Shown here in pieces: positions 33,772 through 45,404 of a DNA stretch of 64,000 nt. A model generated the notes under the pieces. That model was not told the DNA's origin. It ran no database searches and worked only from the letters and a program-made list of their open reading frames with translations. Location: NCBI GenBank assembly GCA_024704765.1, contig JAKMXF010000300.1, forward strand, positions 310,001 to 374,000. Direction: 5' to 3'. Both the position numbers and the translations under genes were made by a program. The first letter of the stretch is position 1. Each line of letters begins with the position of its first letter. Origin of the DNA: Oopsacas minuta. Taxonomy: Eukaryota > Animalia > Porifera.

Positions 33772-35178
33772 ATGGCTGAAACTCAGCCAGTATTCCCTAT
33801 TGACATTCAGTGCATGAAGGTTTCTACATGGTTGGTACAGAGAAACCATTTAGGGAGAGATTGGCGAACTGAATTAAAGGAGCTTACTAAGAAAGAAATT
33901 GCTCCTCAGATACCTTTCCTTCCTGAGGATCTGATCGATAAAATTCCTCAGTTGAAACCTAACTATACGCTTGATTCCAGTATTATTTCTTATTTCGTTT
34001 GCAAACAGATTTTGGATTACTTCAAGAGTAAAGAAGGAAAGGCTACTGATCGATTTGGAGGCTATTTTTCCTCTAGAAATGTGAAAATTTGGTCTAATAT
34101 CGTTACCGAATATAAAAAGGGACTTAAGAATCTAGGAGAAACTGGGTATTTAATCACGAATAATCTAAAATACGAGCTTCCTTACTGGCGCAAACAGAAG
34201 GAGCGTACTAACCAACAAATTCAACAAACTAGTTGTAAAATAAATTCATTGAATCGTCTTAGAGACAATCAGAACGATAAATTTATTAAAACTTGTTCCG
34301 GGTTGGGACTGAGTGTTGAGAGCGATTTTAGCAGACAGGAAGTGTGGAATTTCGCGATTTGTGGCTTGATTGATGATGGAAAAAGCAAAATGTTAGAGTT
34401 GTTGCAATCAGAAATAGTTTATAATCTTATACCAATCAAAGAGTTTTATCTTAACTTTATCAAAGCTTGGCATGTTGGTTGCAAAGAAGATATTGACGTC
34501 ACTAATAAACTACTCCCTCTATTAACTAAAATATTCTCCTTTCTTGATTCGCGAAAATTTGAGCAACCAGCCCAAGATTCCCCTCCTGTTACTAGCTACA
34601 GCGAGTTTGGAATTGAAATTGTTGATTCACAAGAAGATAACTCTGCATACGATTGCTCCTCTTTCCCTCCTGTCAATGAACCATCATTTCGACACCAGTA
34701 TTATAATGAACTACTCGAACTGGAATTTTTTCTGGGACAGAGAAAATTAGAATTTAGTGAATCTAATCAAGATGCGTTTTCTCTTTCCCATTTAGTAGAG
34801 ACCACACCATTAAGGCAAGATCTGGAAAAAATCGATGCAAATAAACTCTCAGAAATGTTGACAACTGTGAAACAAATAAAATTACAATCGAACCAATCTC
34901 AAATTCTCCAGGCTTATAAACTGCTACGCTCTAAACCTTACAGGCTTAGACTTCAAGAAGAAATCCTGAACTTAAAAGCTAACATTAACAAAAACGCCGA
35001 GAAAATAGATGCACTAGATCAGACACAAGCAAATCTGGTTAGAACCCTGCAACAGAATACAAATAAAATAATGGATGTAACTTTAGAGTGTAAATTTCTT
35101 AAAAAGTTATTCGAGATGGAAGCTTCTGAGAATTTTGATAGAACTGTTAATATCGTGGGAGAGATAAATCGCTTGTAA
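33772..35178 (+). CDS. CDK5RAP3: CDK5 regulatory subunit-associated protein 3 (C53)
   Basis: N-terminal PIDIQCMKVSTWLVQRNH (cf. PIDIQTSKLLDWLVDRRH), NLGETGYLITNNLKYELP, FRHQYYNELLELEFFL, C-terminal RTVNIVGEIN. Intronless. Confidence 0.85.
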   Translation: MAETQPVFPIDIQCMKVSTWLVQRNHLGRDWRTELKELTKKEIAPQIPFLPEDLIDKIPQLKPNYTLDSSIISYFVCKQILDYFKSKEGKATDRFGGYFSSRNVKIWSNIVTEYKKGLKNLGETGYLITNNLKYELPYWRKQKERTNQQIQQTSCKINSLNRLRDNQNDKFIKTCSGLGLSVESDFSRQEVWNFAICGLIDDGKSKMLELLQSEIVYNLIPIKEFYLNFIKAWHVGCKEDIDVTNKLLPLLTKIFSFLDSRKFEQPAQDSPPVTSYSEFGIEIVDSQEDNSAYDCSSFPPVNEPSFRHQYYNELLELEFFLGQRKLEFSESNQDAFSLSHLVETTPLRQDLEKIDANKLSEMLTTVKQIKLQSNQSQILQAYKLLRSKPYRLRLQEEILNLKANINKNAEKIDALDQTQANLVRTLQQNTNKIMDVTLECKFLKKLFEMEASENFDRTVNIVGEINRL

Positions 35179-35484
35179 CTAATCTGTTGCGTGAATTGAT
35201 GTCTTAAAGTTGAGCCCTTTATCTATCTTAACCTCATATTGTCTTCTCATAGAAACTCTACTATTGTTAGAATTACATACAGAATTATTATGATTGCATG
35301 AATATATGATTATTTTTCTGTATCGTATAGGCTAGACAATTGCTGGTGGTTAAAGTGATAATAACTATATAGAGAGTGATCTAATAGTGAAGATAATAAA
35401 ATATATATACATGTACATATGTGACTGAATTTATCTATTTCATTTTTTGTATTTTTCACCTTTTACACTATTAGCTGGACTGGA

Positions 35485-38168
35485 ATGATCTCGTTATGGC
35501 GGGCAACCAACTCACTTAAATATGTACCCACGGTTTCTCTGAGTCATGTAGTTAGTCGAATAATGCCCAATTTCACTCAGCCCTCACAGATTTCTATATC
35601 TCAACCTAATATTCCAAAAAGAAGGTAATTAATGGATTTTTCAGCCAATAAATGAGTGTGCTACACGAATATGTTTGTTTAGTTATAAGAATCTGGGCTA
35701 CTTCCGGTCTCTGAGCAAGGAGAAGTCTTTTAGTCAGAAATTCCAGATTTCTGACACTGAGCAACCTAAAGATATTGATGAGATAATGTTCGATATATAT
35801 TCAGAAGGTGGAAAAATACGCGTATTGAGATTCATTGAGGTAAATACATGAGCTAATTTTATGAATTATATTTCAATGCTAATTATTCAGGAGCTTGAAT
35901 CTCATGGAATTAATACAAACAAAGATCCAAGATTCGATTCACTAACCAAACAACTTAATGTTATTATTAGGAAGCAAGGCGGACTATGCAATTTCCAAAC
36001 ATTCAGAGAGTAAGTGTGTATTTTTCTAAATATTCTATTTTAATAGAAACTGTGATATTAGGTTGATCAGTCCAGTGCTTGATGTAATAGTGAGCGTACT
36101 TCAAGGTCGTAATGTTATAAACGATTTTAATTTATTTTCTGACGAGCTGACTAAACTGTTCGATGAAGTGAAAGAAATTAATGGAGGAGAGACTGTTGCA
36201 CAAAATCCACATCTAGCAAGACTCGATTCTGACAAATGGGGCATGTCGATCTGTTCAGTTGATGGACAGAGGTTCTCAATAGGTGACTGTGATGATAAAG
36301 TTGTAATTCAACAGGTCGTGAATCCCTTGATGTACGCGATAGCCCTCACTGATCTGGGAGAGGACTTGGTGCATAGTTTTATAGGACATGAACCTAGCGG
36401 ATTTGGATATGACAAGTTGATGCTGAACACCAAAGGTTATAAAAATCAGTAATTATTAGTTGAGTAATTATTTATGAATTTAATTCCTTTCCAGGTCTGC
36501 CCCATAATCCAATGATCAACTCTGGAGCTCTGGTGTTATCCTCCTTAGTAGCTGTAAGGAATTTATGATAATTGATTGAACAAATTTTCTACTTATTTAA
36601 TTCACCCCTACTTCCTATTTAGCCCAATCAACCACTCCCAGATAGGATAGGCTATGTGAGTGCATCATTTTAGCGTGATATTATTACGATAGCATTGAAT
36701 AAATTTGTATACACATTAGATGATAAACCAACTCAATAGATTATGTGGAGGAGGTAGCACTGTAATTGATCTGCCATCGTAAGTTTGTATATAGAATTAT
36801 ATTACTCATCTGTATTATGTTTGTATTTTCATGTGTAGGTTTATTTTTGAGAGAGAACATGCTGATAGGAATTATGCACTTGCGTATTATCTACGGGAAA
36901 ATAAGGTATTTTAACTTACTGCTTCCATAAGGCTATTTTATTTATTATTGTCTTATGTAGTGTTTTGAGAAATCTATAAAATTGAAGGATATTTGTGACT
37001 TATATTTTCAGGTTTGGAACTCTCATGATAAATTTTGTACTCTTTCAAAATGTTATGATAATATTGTTATTTATTATAGCTAACTTCTTCGCTTTTTGAT
37101 TGTGGGAAATTATCAATAGTAGCAGGAACACTTGCAAATGACGGAGTGTGTCCATTGACAGGGGAGAGAGTAAGTTCTCTATTATTTCTTATAATAACTT
37201 TGAGTATAATTTTATAATATATTCCCAGATACTCAACTCGATTGCTGTCAGAAATACCCTCAGTATAATGAATTCCTGTGGACTATACAATTACTCTGGG
37301 ATGTTCGCTTTCAAAGTATGACCCATATATAATAGCCAACTATATAATGACATAATTTTCTTATTGAGAGTAGGTTGGATTTCCTGCTAAGTCTTCTGTA
37401 TCTGGATTCGTAATGGCTGTAATTCCTAATGTTATGGGTATATGTACATGGTCTCCTCCTCTTGATATCAGGAGTAATAGCGTGAGAGGAATACAGTTCA
37501 TGGAGGTTAGTGTGTGTGTGTGTGTCTATTAATAATTGCTCCATTTAATATTGTATTTTAGAGACTCGTAAAAAAATTCAATTTTCATAACTATGATTTT
37601 TCCCGTGACAAGAATCACATAAACCCAAGGATACGACAGAACTCAATTGAGGTTTGATAACAACTGATTGCTATAATGCCAAAATTTACAATTGTGTATA
37701 CAATTAGGAACATAGGATAACGACAATGTTGTTTGCTGTACTGCACGGATCTCTTGGGTCAATGCACAGGTAATTTAAAGACGGATTATTTAGCATAATT
37801 AGTGCTTTTTGATGACGTAATATATGTAGGTATCTCTCAGCTGGGTATAACTTCAATGCAGCTGACTATGATGGTAGGACTTGTTTACACATTGCTGCTG
37901 CGGAAGGTAACACTAATTTGTATAGAAAATCATTAATTGTAGCTTACTGTTGCTAAATATTTAGGAGCACTTTCTATTGTAAAGTTCTTGGTAGAAAACG
38001 CTGGAGTAGATCCTTCCCCAGTTGACAGGTAAATTCATTCACTATTCCCATAAAAACACAGTTTTATATTTTCATTTAATTAGATGGGGGCAAACACCGA
38101 TTAAAGACGCTACACTTTTCGGACATGAAGACGTGAAGAGATATTTAGAAGCAATAGACATATCTTAG
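35485..38168 (+). CDS. GLS: Glutaminase (GLS)-like protein with C-terminal ankyrin repeats; predicted catalytically inactive
   Basis: Multi-exon gene (about 16 short exons) with a mitochondrial-type leader, [68 protein letters not shown], and ankyrin [15 protein letters not shown] / DRWGQTP. The SxxK motif reads QVVN. Confidence 0.88.
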
Positions 38169-38430
38169 AATTTGATTTATTTGGTTTATCATTTCTCTTA
38201 TTTATTTACATTTCCCGCAAATATTATAGACTCTAACTATTCTAAACTCATTTCCAACAACTTGTACTTATTCTGATCATTAATTTATTGATCCATTATC
38301 AAAATATCGGCTAACTGTATTCGTATAAGGACCATTTTCCCCAACCATTTGGTAGCCAAACATACACTTTACTGTACACACATATTCAAAATTAAAATTA
38401 CTTTTAACGTTAAAATGTGACAGTATTTAA

Positions 38431-39396
38431 ATGCTTAAAACCTCAAAATCTATTGAAAGAGCCAAGAGTTCTTGGACACCAATTAATGACCAAGTAGCGA
38501 ACAGGCAGGTAATACAATTATTTGGCCCTCACACACCTCAGTGTATCTCATTTAATTTGACTTATTTCGTTATAGCTATTCAATGAACGTATGAAACTCC
38601 TATCTCATTGGGTAAGATATGCACTAATGTCTTGTCCATTATTGGGTATTAATATATAATTGCAGCACAAAGCTTGGTCTGAATCTCAAAGGAGAGACTT
38701 CATAACCTACAGCTTGGGTCTCTGTAATGAAGAAGAGCTCTACTATACTAATTTCCTGTTAAAACAAGTTACGCCCTCTGAATGTGTTGATTTCACTAGA
38801 ATACTATTGAAATCTTTATCCATTAGAATTCTATCATATTTGGAGCCCAAATCTCTGTGTAGAGCAGCCCAGGTAATCTATGTAATTTATACAGCGATGA
38901 TACCATGGAGTATAACAAGTATTTAGGTGTGTTGGTATTGGAATTATCTCGCCTCTGATAACAGTCTCTGGCAGTTTAAATGCTGGAGTATTGGTTGGCA
39001 AGCTGATATACATTTGCCGATGAGTGTGCTTGGATTTTGGAAGCATTTTTATGCACAGAAAATACACGAATTAAGGAAGTTACCTTTGGTAGGTTAATTG
39101 AGGGGATAGTACGTCTTAGTTACAATTTCGATTTTAGGTTGAGAATTTGGAAATAGAAGAACCACCCCAACAGGTGGAAAAGATTGAAACGCCGCCGGTC
39201 AAGAAGAAGACAATATCTTTTGTAAAACACAGTACTCAAACTAAAGTTCTTGCTTGGAAATCAAATGATAAGAATGCTAGAGATATTGAAAAGTTGTCTA
39301 AATCATCTGAGAAAGGCAAAATGTTGTTGTCTAGTTTTATGCTTTTTATTTCATAAATACGAATATCTGTAATTTAATTTTATCTTTATAGATTGA
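38431..39396 (+). CDS. FBXO16: F-box only protein 16-like
   Basis: SSWTPINDQ, FNERMKLLSHW, WSESQRR, F-box DFTRILLKSLSIRILSYLEPKSLCRAAQVCWYW, AWKSNDK. Introns 38509-38575, 38612-38665, 38873-38926, 39089-39137. 3' end uncertain: stop at 39356 if unspliced, or 39396 via a possible GC-AG intron. Confidence 0.8.
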
Positions 39397-39695
39397 AGTC
39401 ACTCTCTGCGTAACTAAAATATTTTCTAAGAAGATTCTAGAATGACTTACAACCCGGGCACTTACACTGTATCTAATTTACTTATTCATGAATTTATGAT
39501 ATCTGGAAATTATTATCCCAACCATAATTGTTAAGACAGTAGGTGTATCAGTTCAGGGCAGATAAGTTTTCAATGACATTAATATAACTTGAGTCAAATG
39601 AGGATAGATAGGCACAGAGGTGGGTTACTTTTGGATATCATCCCATATTTATAGAAGTGTAGCTGTAATGGCCAGAAAAAGACAAATTGAGAAAA

Positions 39696-42600
39696 ATGAA
39701 CAGGTATCTGTTACAGAAGAACAACAAGCCTCGTTCAAGTACTGTTTCTGATAATGATAAAACTGCAAAGAAAAAACGTCAATTATTTTTTCGTACCAGA
39801 CAAGGTAATACTTATTCGGTTGTATCGTTTTGTTTCGCACAAGTAGGAATTAAAATACGATGTGAAACTTGAACGGGTTTTATTTCCAAACAGGTTCATG
39901 TAATTATAGTACATTTTATCTAGTTCAATCACATAACAATTTCGAGAATTACCTCATGTTGGGAACACTTGATTCATCTGGTAAAGCTAATTCAGAGAAT
40001 CTATTAAATCTAATAAAGAGAGGGGATAGTGATGGCTTGGGAGTATTCCTCACAGATAAACCTGAATTTCTTCGCATAAAGGATCAATTACAAGGCTGTA
40101 CTCTGATGCACTATGCTGTAGAATACGATAAGAGTTCGATTATAGACAGGCTAGTAGAATTGGGAGTTGATATTCATGCTACAGATTATGATGGTAAGAT
40201 TTGGGTTATCTGACTTATCTCAAATATATTTACGTATTTTTTGGTTTTAGGAAATACACCGTTACACTGGGCTGCTGTACACGACTCGCCATTGAGTATG
40301 CTCGCTTTATTAGGACACGGGGCCGACTACAAAATACTTAACAATGAATCTGAATCAATATTGCACACAGCTGTTATATTGAATAAAATAGATCTTATGA
40401 AGACTTTGTTGTATTCTGGACATGATATAGATTTGGTGATACACGGCTCAAAAGGTAATACTACATCATCTCATATAATGAGCTGGAGACTTGGAGTTTA
40501 TCTCATATATATTTATTAGGTAAAACTCCATTACATTATGCAGCTGAATTAGACAATATAGAGATGATAGAGTTATTTTCAGAGTACGGAGAAATTACGC
40601 AGAAAAGTACAGATGGTAAAAGTGACCGTCAATTCCGTCTATGCAGTAGAGATGATGAGAATAATGCACCTATACATACTGCTGCAAGAGCAGGAGCTGC
40701 TAGGGTTTGCGAAATATTCAACTTTACAAATAGTCGTAAAATTTGTGTTTATTATTAATTGTAGGTGCTGGAGTTTTTCTTCAAATGTTGTAAAGAACAT
40801 GGCTACTCACATGAATTCATTTTAAGCCTCGTTTCTTCAGAGAATTCTACACCATTACACAATGCAGTAGATGGAGGACACACCGAAGTAATCAAACTTC
40901 TCATTCAGTACGGAGCTGATCCCTTTTGCACTCAAGGACAACTTCTTCCACCTTTTCATATTGCTGCTTCTATGTCAAACCCAAGTTGTATAAAAGCTAT
41001 GATCAGGTGAGTTAAGCAAGTACCTAATACAAATCCGTATGTAGTATTTACTTCTATGCTATCCAGTGAAATAGACAAAGACAAAATAGATTCGAAAGAT
41101 CAGGAAGGCATGACTGGATTATTGAGGGCTATAATAAATATTAATATTACTGTAGCTAAGTTACTCTTGGATATCGGAGCTGATCCTAGTGTCAAGTACG
41201 GAACTGATGAAAATACTGTCTTGCATACTGCTGTAATGCTCAATTCGGAGAGTTGTGTTAATTTACTGTTATCTTATGGTGCTGACTACTTGTAAGTAAC
41301 TTTTATATCGAGTAAAAATCGTAGGCATCTGTACAACAAGAGTTGAATATTTTATATTTTTTCCTCCTATAGCTCAATCAATGGGAACGGGGATACAATC
41401 CTACACTTGGCTCTATGTCTGCCTAATATTAAAGTTATAGAGAAAATACTAGGTCATGAACAAGTATACACACTGGCTAAAACTGAAAACGTCGATGGTT
41501 TGAGGCCAATACAGTTAGCTGTTCGCTACAACAAATTGGAACCTCTGAAACAGCTGTTAGAATTAAGATCATGCAAAATGGTCCATGACTCTTACACTGA
41601 TTTGCTACATATTTCGGCAGAGCAGGGACATCTACAACTTACACAATATATTATAGAAGAGAATTATAAACTTGGTTAGTTAACTTAAACGGTAATGGTA
41701 TCGACTGGGGGTATATTAATTCATAATAAATAAATTTTTTAGGAAGGTCTATTATAAACGATCCCAATAGTGATGGAATTACACCATTACACCTAGCTGC
41801 AAGAGAAGGACACATAGAAGTTGTTAAACTGCTGCTAAAATTTGGAGCTATCCTACATCATTGTCCAAAAGGATTTTCACCATTTGCTCTTGCTACTCTT
41901 ACAGGTTCTCTTAGAACTTTACAGATCCTATTAGAATCTTTCAAATATGCAAAAGATATGAGTACATATAACGGTGATACACCCTTGCATATCGCCGCAT
42001 CAAATGGTCACTCGGAAATTGTCACATTCCTTCTAGACAAAAACGCAAAGATCACACTCAATAATGAAGGCACTACATTTTTTTACTCCGCAATAATGAA
42101 TGATCATTCTAATGTAGTATCAGTTACACTCAAGCATAAACGTTGGCAAGAAGCATTAGACATACTTGCTACTTCAAAACCTCCTCCTTTCGCTGCTCTA
42201 GTAATCCGTATGCCTTCTCTTGCTAAGATTGTATTAGATCGTTGCATTGAGAAATCGTCATTTAGCGATATCAAGAAAGATAACTGGATTAGTTATAATT
42301 TTAAATATCTCGTTCCACCACCTAACCTACCGGTTCTACAAAGACCATCCACTCTAAGTCCCACTAAATCAATGGGTGAGGGCGATGGAACCAGCTCAAT
42401 AAGCTTCTCACTCAGCTCAACACTGAGAGCTACTGAGAACTTATTTGAATATAAGAAAGTTGATCAAATGTATGTGCTAGACATGATGAGGAAATATGAA
42501 CGTAGGAACTTACTCAAACATCCTCTTGTTAGCAAGTTTCTACAGTGTAAGTGGGTGCGTTATGGTAGTAGTTTTTATTTCTTGAGTTTCATTTTCTTCT

Positions 42601-43700
42601 TAGTTTTCCTCATTTTATTGTCCGCATTCACTATTGTATACAGACCTATTTATAATTGTGAGACTCCCTCATGGTCTAGTGTTAGTCTATCAAACAATCC
42701 AAATGCTTCTTACCTAAATAGCAGTGGTTACTACGCTTATAGAGGAATTCTGGATATTCTAGCATTTGGATATTTAGGATTATTAATCCTAGGGATATTT
42801 CTTGCGAAACATAAGCTCAGTTATACAATCTCGATGCATTTCATAGTGGAATTGCTCTGCTATATTAGTACACTAGTTTTCCTACCCCTACATACACCTT
42901 GTCCTATCTGGAGTGCTGGTGCATTTGCTATCTTCTTTGGTTGGCTAACATTCGTATTTTATATAGGACAGTATGGTATATTCGCGTTGTATACTCGAAT
43001 GCTAATTGCTGTTTTTAAAACGGTTTTTTACATGCTTCCACTTGTAGTTTTGTTGATCTGCGCTTTCGCATTTGCATTCTTTATCCTATTATCACCAGTT
43101 ATAATCGAGCTTAGAGATATAGAGAGATCTCTATTATTTGTGTTTCAAATGTTAATAGGAGATCCGAAATTCGAATTTGTCACTGATTTTGCGTTTGCTG
43201 ACGCAACTGAAGGGAAGCTACCGAGCAAAGGTGTGTCTTATTTCTTCTTGATATTTGCTGGACTTCTTATAACGATTATTCTTACCAACTTGTTGATCGG
43301 TTTAGCTGTAGGGGATATAGCCAATGTGAGAGAGGGAGCTTTTCTAAAACGTGTTAAAGATAGAATTATATTTTTCGGTAATATGGATAGATCTCTTCCT
43401 GGATGGGTTAAGCGAGATGCGAAGTATTTAAAGATTATAGAGTATCCAGATAAGCATAGATTCGGAGCTGTGTCCGTGATTTGGAAACATATTCTTGAAC
43501 TTTTCGCTCCCAACAGCGAAGAGGAAATGGAAGATATCGCACTTAATGCCGATACTGATTTTGATCGCAAGATGAATGGATATGAAAAAAACGTAGATGA
43601 ACTGAAAGAAATGGTTGCGAAATCGATGGAGATTATCTCAGCTATAAGAAAGGAAGTTTCACCTAGAAAATTAAGCGCTGTTGATAGTCTGGATCATTGA
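39696..43700 (+). CDS. TRPA1: TRPA-family cation channel (ankyrin repeats + six TM)
   Basis: Many ankyrin repeats over seven short 5' exons (introns start 39805, 40194, 40455, 40705, 41007, 41292, ~41675), then one exon 41743-43700 with YNFKYL, LLKHPLVSKFLQCKW, pore FQMLIGD and S6 TNLLIGLAVGDI. Confidence 0.85.
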
Positions 43701-43892
43701 TTTACTTTACTGTTGAATGGCCTGTTTTCTCTAGTTATTGTAATTATCTTAGTTAAGTTTAATTCTTGTATATTAAAGGATTATTTTCTCACTTTTTAAT
43801 AAAGAGGCTTGTTATACAATTCCTAACAAATCTTGTTTGCTATCCTTGAGGTAGATAGCATTAATTAAAACGTAATACAGTAGATATAATTT

Positions 43893-45302
43893 ATGGATAA
43901 AGATATATCTGAATTCTACGGAAAATATCATATTAATGAAGAGTTAGGTCAGGGAAGATTTAGTGTTGTCAAGCGATGTACACTAAAATGCACTGAAAAA
44001 TCCTTTGCTATGAAAATTGTAAAGAATCCAAGTGAATACGACAAGAAAAATCTCAAAAAGGAAACTGATATCTTGCTACAACTTGAGCATAAACATATTG
44101 TCCGTATTCATGATTTTTTCACCAATTCAAGTCAGTCGTTTATCATCCTAGATTACCTCTCAGGAGGTGATTTATTTGAAGAAATAATAAAACATTCTTA
44201 CTACTCAGAGAGAGATGCTAGTACATGTATCCAGCAGGTATTAGAAGCTGTTGAGTACTGTCATAGTATTGGTATTATACATAGAGACTTGAAGCCAGAG
44301 AATTTATTGCTATCACAATCTAAAGGTATTTGGATTAAAATTGTTGATTTTGGCTTAGCTGTTCAGTTGGATAAATATGAAAGGTTTTGGTTTGGATTTG
44401 CTGGTACTATGAGTTATCTTTCCCCAGAAATAATAAATCGAATAGATTACGGGAAAGGAGTTGATATTTGGGCGTGTGGGGTAATCCTGTATATTCTTCT
44501 GTGTGGATATCCTCCTTTTGCTAATGAAGATCAGCGGGAGCTGTTTGGGAGTATTACAAGTGGGAAGTACGAGTTTCATAGCCCAGAATGGGATACAGTG
44601 ACTCCTAAAGCGAGAGATATTATTCAGTCAATGTTAACAATGGACCAAGATAATAGACCGACTGCCTCTAGCCTATTGACACACCCCTGGGTCAGGGAGA
44701 GGATGAATATCGCTGGTACTGAAAACCGCGAAGAGACTATTGGGGCTCTTAGGAGATTCATTGCTAAACGAAAACTTAAGAACACAGTTCAAAGCATAAT
44801 GACTATTAATCGTGGTAGTATTGATGGTATAGGACAGAGGCTTGATAGCTCAAAACCTGTGAGCCATGTTCCGCTCAGAATACAGCCTGCCATTAATAGG
44901 GAATCAGTTGATCATACAAGATTATCTGTAGATTCAACAGATGATATTAACAAACGAATACTTGATTTAACTCATAAGATAATCAACTTGGAAACGAATG
45001 AATATTTGGATTGCAAGAAGTCAACTGAATTCAGAGTTGGAATTCCGTGTATTATAACTGCCAGAGATAAACCATTAAATGAATCCACTAGCTCAACACA
45101 TTCTCATAAACATTCTATTCTCCACCCTATATTCCATACGCTCAGTCAAGATGCAGTTTGTGTTGCTTACATTCATGTATGTACTAACTACAGTGATAGT
45201 TGTGCTGTACATACGAATGTAAAGAGTTTCAAAGAGACTAGAGTATGGCAGAGAATTGGAACAGATTGGGTTTGCTTACATTGTCATTCTTCTGAGACAT
45301 AA
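43893..45302 (+). CDS. CAMK2: Calcium/calmodulin-dependent protein kinase II-like
   Basis: LGQGRFSVVKRC, HRDLKPEN, DFG, WFGFAGT, regulatory REETIGALRRFIAKRKLK, hub-domain end ETRVWQR...WVCLHCHSS. Intronless. Confidence 0.88.
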   Translation: MDKDISEFYGKYHINEELGQGRFSVVKRCTLKCTEKSFAMKIVKNPSEYDKKNLKKETDILLQLEHKHIVRIHDFFTNSSQSFIILDYLSGGDLFEEIIKHSYYSERDASTCIQQVLEAVEYCHSIGIIHRDLKPENLLLSQSKGIWIKIVDFGLAVQLDKYERFWFGFAGTMSYLSPEIINRIDYGKGVDIWACGVILYILLCGYPPFANEDQRELFGSITSGKYEFHSPEWDTVTPKARDIIQSMLTMDQDNRPTASSLLTHPWVRERMNIAGTENREETIGALRRFIAKRKLKNTVQSIMTINRGSIDGIGQRLDSSKPVSHVPLRIQPAINRESVDHTRLSVDSTDDINKRILDLTHKIINLETNEYLDCKKSTEFRVGIPCIITARDKPLNESTSSTHSHKHSILHPIFHTLSQDAVCVAYIHVCTNYSDSCAVHTNVKSFKETRVWQRIGTDWVCLHCHSSET

Positions 45303-45404
45303 CAAATATCTCTTCTTATAACATATTTATGTAATTAAAATACATTTATTTGATACAATAATGAGCAGTTTCAGCTAAGTAAATTTACTCAATTTTCATA
45401 GGAA

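Noticed and set aside
35485-38168. GLS-like locus as a decayed pseudogene
   Set aside because: All exons splice in frame without stops and non-catalytic motifs are conserved, so it is better read as a pseudoenzyme.
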